Of a stretch of DNA of 64,000 bases, positions 57,804-64,000 are shown piece by piece. Made by a program: the position numbers and the translations under genes. This DNA comes from Nibricoccus sp. (lineage in GTDB: Bacteria > Verrucomicrobiota > Verrucomicrobiia > Opitutales > Opitutaceae): the NCBI GenBank assembly GCA_047602425.1, contig JASGHG010000001.1:2240001-2304000 (forward strand), in the 5' to 3' direction. Numbering within the stretch: the stretch's first letter is position 1; the number at the start of each line of letters is the position of its first letter. The notes beneath the pieces were generated by a model. The model made no database searches. It was given only the letters and a program-made list of their open reading frames with translations, and was not told the origin of the DNA.

Positions 57804-57818
57804 TCACGTATTACGTGA
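57804..57818. repeat. Palindromic repeat, CACG-TATTA-CGTG variant (truncated)
   Basis: TCACGTATTACGTGA. Confidence 0.7.
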
Positions 57819-58160
57819 CACTTTAGCGGTTTCACTACGGGAGGTGATTGGTTATAAATTTCATGAATTAGAGACAGGCGGAGAGGCTTTGGAGGTCAGA
57901 CGGTCAACCGGGAAGACTATGTTTGAAGATGCACTATTGTTAGACTGATGTCTTTTTTGCCAAGGGAGGCGCGAATCGGATGCTCACCGTCTTGCAGTTC
58001 TGGTTCTTGCAGGCGTTAGCAGCTTGGTCTCGGCCTGTCTTCCTGCCGGCCGCCACAACTGCCGCCAAAGGTGCCTGTGACACGCAGTTATCCCGAATTT
58101 ACCCTCCCATTTCCGCGTAATTTCGACCATTTCCAAAAGAGATGGCCTGAAAGTTCATCA

Positions 58161-60281
58161 ATGAAATTTCCATTTCTAGATCCCGATCAGCCCCTTGCCG
58201 TCCGCGTGAACGACCTCGTTTCGCGACTCACGCTGCCGGAAAAAATCGCGCAGCTGATGCACGACAATCCCGCAGTCGAGCGCCTCGGTGTGCCCGCCTA
58301 CAACTGGTGGAGCGAGGCTTGCCATGGGGTGGGGCGCAACGGACGGGCCACGGTTTTTCCTCAAGTGATTGGTTTAGGTGCGACCTGGAATCGCGAATTG
58401 GTGCGGCGCATCGCGACTGCGATTTCCGACGAGGCCCGGGCGAAGCATCACATCGCGGCGAATGCCGGGATGCGTGGCCTTTATCAAGGGCTCACATTTT
58501 GGACGCCCAACGTGAACATTTTCCGCGACCCGCGCTGGGGCCGCGGCCAGGAGACGTTTGGCGAAGATCCATTTCTCACCGGAGAACTGGGACTGGCGAT
58601 GGTGAAAGGTTTGCAGGGCGACGATCCCAAATACCTCAAAGTCGCCGCATGCGCGAAACACTTTGCCGTTCACAGCGGTCCGGAGGACGAGCGCCATTCC
58701 TTCGACGCCAGACCCACGCCCAAGGACATGGCGGAAACCTACCTGCCTGCGTTCGAGAAACTGGTGCGCGCCGGCAACGTCGAAGCGGTGATGGGCGCCT
58801 ACAATCGCGTCTATGGCGAGCCGGCCTGCGGAAGTCGCAAGCTTCTGGGCGAGATCTTGCGCGACCAGTGGGATTTCAAAGGCCACGTCGTCAGCGACTG
58901 CGGTGCGATCGATGATTTTCACCATCACCACGGCGTGACCAAGAATGCCGCCGAGTCCGCCGCCTTGGCGGTGAAGAATGGTTGCGACCTGAATTGCGGC
59001 TGCACTTACAACGACCTGACGGTGGCCGTGCGAGAAAAACTGATCTCCGAGTCGGACATCGACGTTTCATTGAAGCGTCTGTTGACGACGAAATTCAAAC
59101 TCGGCCTGTTCGATCCAGCCGAACGCGTTTCTTTCACCTCGATCCCCGCCTCCGTGGTGGAATGTCCGGAACATCGCGCGCTCGCCCGGCAGGCCGCGGT
59201 GGAGTCGATCGTTCTTCTGAAAAATTCCGCCGACGTGCTGCCGCTGCGTCCCGACGTGGCGAGCCTGCTCGTCGTCGGCCCGACTGCGGCCAATATTGGC
59301 GCATTGCTCGGGAACTATTACGGAGTCAGTGCAAACCTGGTGACGATCATGCAAGGGATTGTGGAACGCGCGGCACCTGCTTCGCGCGTGAAATATCGTC
59401 CCGGCTGTCCAATCTCCCAGCCGGGCGCCCCGGGCGTGAACTACACTTTCCCGGCAGCAGCTGGTTCGGAAGTCGTGGTTGCCGTCATGGGCCTCGACCA
59501 CACGCTGGAAGGCGAGGAGGGCGACGCCGTGGCTTCGTCCGTCGGCGGCGATCGTCCGATGATCGAGTTGCCCGAAAATCAACGCATTTTCCTGAAGGAA
59601 CTCCGCAAACATTCCAAAAAGCTCATCCTGGTGATTACCGGTGGCAGTGCGTTAGCAATTCCGGAGGAATTCGATTATTGCGACGCGGTGCTGCAGGTCT
59701 GGTACCCGGGCTGCGAAGGCGGCCGCGCCGTGGCCGACGTGCTTTTTGGCGACGCATCGCCCTCGGGAAAAATGCCGCTCACCGTCCCGCGCAGCACGGC
59801 GGACCTGCCGACGTTCAACGACTATTCGATGGCGGGCCGCACCTATCGCTTTGCAGAGAGAGAGCCGCTGTTCCCGTTCGGTTTTGGCCTGGGGTATGGG
59901 AAGGTCCGCTTCGAGCAGCTGGAACTCGGAGCGGACACGTTGAAAGCGGGCGACTCGTTGAAGGTGCATCTAAAAGTTCAAAACGTCGGCAACCGCCCGG
60001 CGCTTGAAACCGTGCAATGTTATCTGCAAGCGCCGCGCACCATCGCGGGTGCTCCTTATGCTTCGCTGATCGATTTCAAGAAAGTTTCCCTCAAAGCAGG
60101 CGGTTCGGCTGAGGTGGAATTCAATCTCGCGGCCGAGGCTTTCAAGCAAGTCGATGAACAGGGAAACCGGGTCTGGTTGCCCGGCCGCTACACGCTTGTC
60201 GTCGGCGCTGCCTCACCAGGTGCGCGCGCCGAGGCGTTGGGCGCGCCGAAACCGGCGACGGCTTCGTTGACGGTCGCATAG
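58161..60281 (+). CDS. GH3 beta-xylosidase/beta-glucosidase (no signal peptide)
   Basis: WWSEACHGV, FRDPRWGRGQETFGEDP, KHFAVH, VVSDCGAI and PFGFGL; C-terminal Fn3-like domain. Confidence 0.93.
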   Translation: MKFPFLDPDQPLAVRVNDLVSRLTLPEKIAQLMHDNPAVERLGVPAYNWWSEACHGVGRNGRATVFPQVIGLGATWNRELVRRIATAISDEARAKHHIAANAGMRGLYQGLTFWTPNVNIFRDPRWGRGQETFGEDPFLTGELGLAMVKGLQGDDPKYLKVAACAKHFAVHSGPEDERHSFDARPTPKDMAETYLPAFEKLVRAGNVEAVMGAYNRVYGEPACGSRKLLGEILRDQWDFKGHVVSDCGAIDDFHHHHGVTKNAAESAALAVKNGCDLNCGCTYNDLTVAVREKLISESDIDVSLKRLLTTKFKLGLFDPAERVSFTSIPASVVECPEHRALARQAAVESIVLLKNSADVLPLRPDVASLLVVGPTAANIGALLGNYYGVSANLVTIMQGIVERAAPASRVKYRPGCPISQPGAPGVNYTFPAAAGSEVVVAVMGLDHTLEGEEGDAVASSVGGDRPMIELPENQRIFLKELRKHSKKLILVITGGSALAIPEEFDYCDAVLQVWYPGCEGGRAVADVLFGDASPSGKMPLTVPRSTADLPTFNDYSMAGRTYRFAEREPLFPFGFGLGYGKVRFEQLELGADTLKAGDSLKVHLKVQNVGNRPALETVQCYLQAPRTIAGAPYASLIDFKKVSLKAGGSAEVEFNLAAEAFKQVDEQGNRVWLPGRYTLVVGAASPGARAEALGAPKPATASLTVA

Positions 60282-60315
60282 CCTCAGAACCCGGCCCGGA
60301 CTTTTTTCCAAGGGC

Positions 60316-61608
60316 ATGAAAACACATACTCCAAGGCGCCCCTGGCTGGGTTTCCTGCTGATTGCAGGATTGTTGGCGATTTCATCGGGTTGCGGATTCG
60401 CGTCGGCGACGGATCCACTTCTGAAAAACGGGGAAAGCTGGGTGACAGCCTGGACGACTGCACCTCTGGCTGAAACCCCGGGCAAGGACACGCCTGCGCT
60501 TAAAAATGCAACCCTGCGCCAGGTTGTTCGTGTGACCGCCGCCGGTCGGGCGATCAGAATTCGAATCGGCAATTATTTTGGCAAGGAGCCGCTGGAATTG
60601 AGCGGAGTGCGATTGAATCAAATGAAGAGTTCGGCGAAGGCAGCGGCAGAGATTGTTTATTTTGGCGGGGCAAAGGCAGTTTCAGTTGCCCCGGGGGAGG
60701 CGGTCGTGTCGGACCCGGTTCAACTTCCGGTGGATGCTGGAACGGATCTTTCGGTGGCATTTCACATCGCCGGTCTGCCCGCGACGCTCACCGCTCATCC
60801 CGGAGCGCGGGCGACCTCGTACGTCACACCTGGCAACGTTCTCGACGAGACAAATCCGGCGGCGGCTCCGCTGACTTGCACGCGTTGGTATTTTCTATGC
60901 GGCATCGACGTGTGCGCGGCGTCGACGACGGCTTTGGCGATATTGGGTGATTCGATCACGGACGGTTATGGATGCCCTCCGGATTCGCACAGCCGCTGGG
61001 TCGACGGGCTGGCCCGTCGCTTGCAGGCGAATTCGGTCACGTCGCGAGTTGCGGTATTGAATCTTGGCATTGGCGGTAATCGTTTGTTGCGCGATGGCTT
61101 GGGACCAAAAGCGGTGGCACGTGTGGAGCGTGACGTTTTTGGCCAGCACGGCGTGACGTGCCTGATGATTTTCATCGGTATCAACGACATCGGCACGCGT
61201 GTGGACGCGCGGAAAAAAGGTGCTCCATATGCGTCCGCGGATGACATTATTGGAGGTTTGAAACAAATCGCCGAGGAAGCGCGAAAGCGTGGGTTGAAAG
61301 TTGTCGGCGCGACAATCACGCCGTACGGCGGCAACACCGGTTATTGGAGCGAGGACGGCGAGGCGGATCGGCAAAAAGTGAATGCGTGGATCCGGGACAG
61401 CGGCAGTTTTGATGCAGTGGTCGATTTTGACGCGGTGGTGCGCGACCCCGCGCAGCCGGACCGGCTCGCCGCGGCCTTCGATTGTGGCGACCACTTGCAT
61501 CCTTCATTGGCTGGCTACGCGCGAATGGCGGAGGCGGTGGATCTCTCGGTTTTCATTCCTGCGTCTCAGGAAGCAAAATCCAGCAAGACTGCCCTCGCTG
61601 CTCCCTAA
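60316..61608 (+). CDS. Secreted SGNH/GDSL esterase
   Basis: GDSITDG, NLGIGGN, GIND and DHLHP; signal peptide. Confidence 0.9.
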   Translation: MKTHTPRRPWLGFLLIAGLLAISSGCGFASATDPLLKNGESWVTAWTTAPLAETPGKDTPALKNATLRQVVRVTAAGRAIRIRIGNYFGKEPLELSGVRLNQMKSSAKAAAEIVYFGGAKAVSVAPGEAVVSDPVQLPVDAGTDLSVAFHIAGLPATLTAHPGARATSYVTPGNVLDETNPAAAPLTCTRWYFLCGIDVCAASTTALAILGDSITDGYGCPPDSHSRWVDGLARRLQANSVTSRVAVLNLGIGGNRLLRDGLGPKAVARVERDVFGQHGVTCLMIFIGINDIGTRVDARKKGAPYASADDIIGGLKQIAEEARKRGLKVVGATITPYGGNTGYWSEDGEADRQKVNAWIRDSGSFDAVVDFDAVVRDPAQPDRLAAAFDCGDHLHPSLAGYARMAEAVDLSVFIPASQEAKSSKTALAAP

Positions 61609-62282
61609 ACCAGAAATTTGCGACAAACAGCGGGCGCGATCCGGCCAGTCATCCAACTCCTTCCCATCGAGCAGTTCTTCATCGTCCAGCAGCGGCAGAT
61701 CCTCAAGCTCCAGTTCTTCCGGCAGTCCGGGAGGCGGCGCTTCCCGCAGTTCATCGGGTGGGGAGGCGGATCTGGGATTTGGTTCGTTACCGCGCTTATC
61801 ACGGTTTTCTGTTAGGTGCATGCGTGCGACGCGAAACAAGCAATGGGCGCGATAATGGCATGGGACAGACGATGGCATACGACAAGGTGAACAACGCGCC
61901 GGGCTGCCCACGTTTACTGGCGGTTATAAATGGTTAGTGTAGGGGCGCCAGTCATGACGGCAGGCCTGGCTTTTGCAGGTAAATGGCGGTACGGCGGGCA
62001 TAAACCTTCGTGTTTCAAGGCATGGTTTTACCCATTTAAACTAATGTTAGACTAAACTGATTTTTGATTTTCCGCCGATGTTCCCATTACGTTTTACCCA
62101 AGTTTAAGTACTGCTCCTACCACAGGCTCCAGCCCCGCCCCACACCTGCGAATGGCCTCACCCCGCCGTCTCCCCATTTTCATCCGTTTGTAAGCGTTGC
62201 ACGCGATGCCACGGCATTCGCGCGCTTGTAGCATTTCCCCACAAGTCAGCTCCCAACACGAACGACAGTTCCCAACACCAAC

Positions 62283-64000
62283 ATGAAACGCGTTAGCTTA
62301 CCCATATTGCGGACGACAGCGATTTTCGCCCTCTCCGCGTTTGCCACCACCGCCTATTCGCAGGTGGTTAAAAAGTCAGAAGCGATCCCCACCGAACCCG
62401 CAAAAGAACAATCTGCAACGCCTGAAGATCCGGATGAATTGATTGTACTCAGCCCGTTCGAGGTCAGTACGGCCACGGACAAAGGTTACGCGGCCACCGA
62501 AACGATGGCCAGCACGCGCCTGCGCACGGATTTGAAGGACGTCGCATCTTCCGTTTCCGTGTATACACCTGCGTTTATGAAGGACATCGGAGCCACCGAT
62601 GCCGGCACGCTTCTTCAATACACAACCAATGCCGAGGTTGCGGGCACGCGTGGTAGCTATGCAGGCTTGGGAAACAATGCGAGTTTGGACGATACCGCGT
62701 CGCTACGTTGGCCTTCGAACAATCAACGCGTTCGCGGTCTCGATGCGGCCGACAACACCCGCGATCTGTTCAGCACGGATATTCCATTTGATAGCTTCAA
62801 CTCCGACCGCATTGAAATCCTGCGCGGTGCGAACAGCCTGCTGTTCGGCCTCGGCAGTCCGGCGGGCATTATTAACACTGGGTTGCGCAGCGCGGAATTC
62901 CGCAACACGGGTTCGGTAGAATTCCGAGTGGGCTCCTACGGCTCGACGCGCGAAAGTCTCGATGCCAACGTGCAAATCGTTCCGAAGGTTTTGGCGATCC
63001 GCATCGCCGCGATGAACAAAAACGAAAAGTTCCAGCAGAAACCGGCCTTCGAGGACGCCAAGCGTTATTATGGCGCAATTCGTTTCGAACCAAAGCTCTT
63101 CGACAAGTCCGCCTTCAAAACGATTTTCAAGGTCAACTTTGAAAAAGGTGATGTCGATGCCAACCGGCCGCGCATCACGCCTCCCGTCGACAAGATTACT
63201 CCTTGGTTCTCGGAGCAGGATCGGACCAGCATGTTTGGTGGCATGATCCAAAGCGGTACGACCAAGTTTGTCGTGAGCAATCCTTACTCGATCGGCGCTG
63301 CTCCCGCGACCGTCCAGCCTTGGCTCACGGCTCCGGTTAACCAACAACAACCTGCTTGGTACATGGATGGTACGACGGGCCAGCTCTATTCGGCGCAGGG
63401 CGGTTTCATTCACATCGGCGCACGCAACAACGCGGGCGCAGTATCGAATTCCGGTATGCCGGCGCTGAGGTATTCGAGCCAGTTCTATGGCATCAATGGT
63501 CTGAACGGCTACGCGAACGAAGCGAGACTGGCGGGCTACCAATACGGTCAATACAAAGACCAGTCGTTGATGGATCCCACAGTTTTTGATTTCTACAACA
63601 ACTTGATCGATGGTCCAACGAAGTCCGAATTCGAGGATTGGCAGTCATATAATTTCGATTTCACGCAGACGGCATTTAACGACCGGCTCGGTCTGCAAAT
63701 CACGGTGGACCGCCAAAATTATAATCGCGGTGGCCAAAGTTTGTTAGGCTGGGCGCCGACAATTTCGGTCGACCTCACCCAACAATTCCAGGACGGCACC
63801 CCCAACCCGAATTTCGGCCGTCCTTACATCATCGGCAATTCTGGCAACGGCACCTCTTACGAAAGCGATCGCACCGTCGGCCGCGCTCAACTTTTCGGTG
63901 AGCTTCGTGCGACCGATTTGATGAACAAAGGTTTCCTGACGAAGCTGCTGGGTCGCCATCGCTTCCAGGGTTTGTACAGCAATGAAGTCCTCGAAACCGA
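62283..64000 (+). CDS. TonB-dependent receptor, N-terminal part (runs off the window; absent from the ORF track)
   Basis: Translated by hand from ATG 62283: MKRVSLPILRTTAIFALSAFATTAYSQ...IVLSPFEV..DKGYAATETMASTRLRTDLKDVASS; the downstream plug motif RIEILRGANSLLFGLGSPAGIIN is present. Confidence 0.9.
   Translation, partial: MKRVSLPILRTTAIFALSAFATTAYSQVVKKSEAIPTEPAKEQSATPEDPDELIVLSPFEVSTATDKGYAATETMASTRLRTDLKDVASSVSVYTPAFMKDIGATDAGTLLQYTTNAEVAGTRGSYAGLGNNASLDDTASLRWPSNNQRVRGLDAADNTRDLFSTDIPFDSFNSDRIEILRGANSLLFGLGSPAGIINTGLRSAEFRNTGSVEFRVGSYGSTRESLDANVQIVPKVLAIRIAAMNKNEKFQQKPAFEDAKRYYGAIRFEPKLFDKSAFKTIFKVNFEKGDVDANRPRITPPVDKITPWFSEQDRTSMFGGMIQSGTTKFVVSNPYSIGAAPATVQPWLTAPVNQQQPAWYMDGTTGQLYSAQGGFIHIGARNNAGAVSNSGMPALRYSSQFYGINGLNGYANEARLAGYQYGQYKDQSLMDPTVFDFYNNLIDGPTKSEFEDWQSYNFDFTQTAFNDRLGLQITVDRQNYNRGGQSLLGWAPTISVDLTQQFQDGTPNPNFGRPYIIGNSGNGTSYESDRTVGRAQLFGELRATDLMNKGFLTKLLGRHRFQGLYSNEVLET

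Overview
GC-rich bacterial chromosome segment, most likely from an Opitutaceae (Verrucomicrobiota) genome; this is inferred from two VPDSG/VPDGG-CTERM proteins, Opitutae-style TonB-dependent receptors and C/A-rich leaders without Shine-Dalgarno sites. The first ~17.7 kb looks origin-proximal. It holds alkaline phosphatase (partial), an orphan RelE-like gene overlapping pssA, dnaN without dnaA, two RNA methyltransferases, recA, a Sel1 protein, mnmE, mnmG containing a perfect parS palindrome, and phoBR; spot counts suggest a GC-skew inversion near 14-16 kb. The 17.7-26.3 kb region is a heavy-metal locus. A YHS-cusC-cusB-cusA-like efflux operon is divergent from a cnrY-cnrX-cnrH-like anti-sigma/sensor/ECF-sigma cassette, followed by a small Cys-rich exported protein. 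All three units share one TGAGGG-N17-YGTA promoter motif. The remainder is mainly plant-polysaccharide genes (pectate lyase-like/DUF6298, GH74, GH30-CBM64-like, PL9, GH3, SGNH, TonB receptors), regulators and housekeeping genes. Notable non-coding structure: a family of covarying palindromes with a TA(A/T)TA centre (some as inverted doublets), CACAGAG hairpins in operon junctions, and a shared sigma54 promoter plus enhancer box upstream of both PEP-CTERM-type genes. No rRNA, tRNA, CRISPR array or transposase was recognised.
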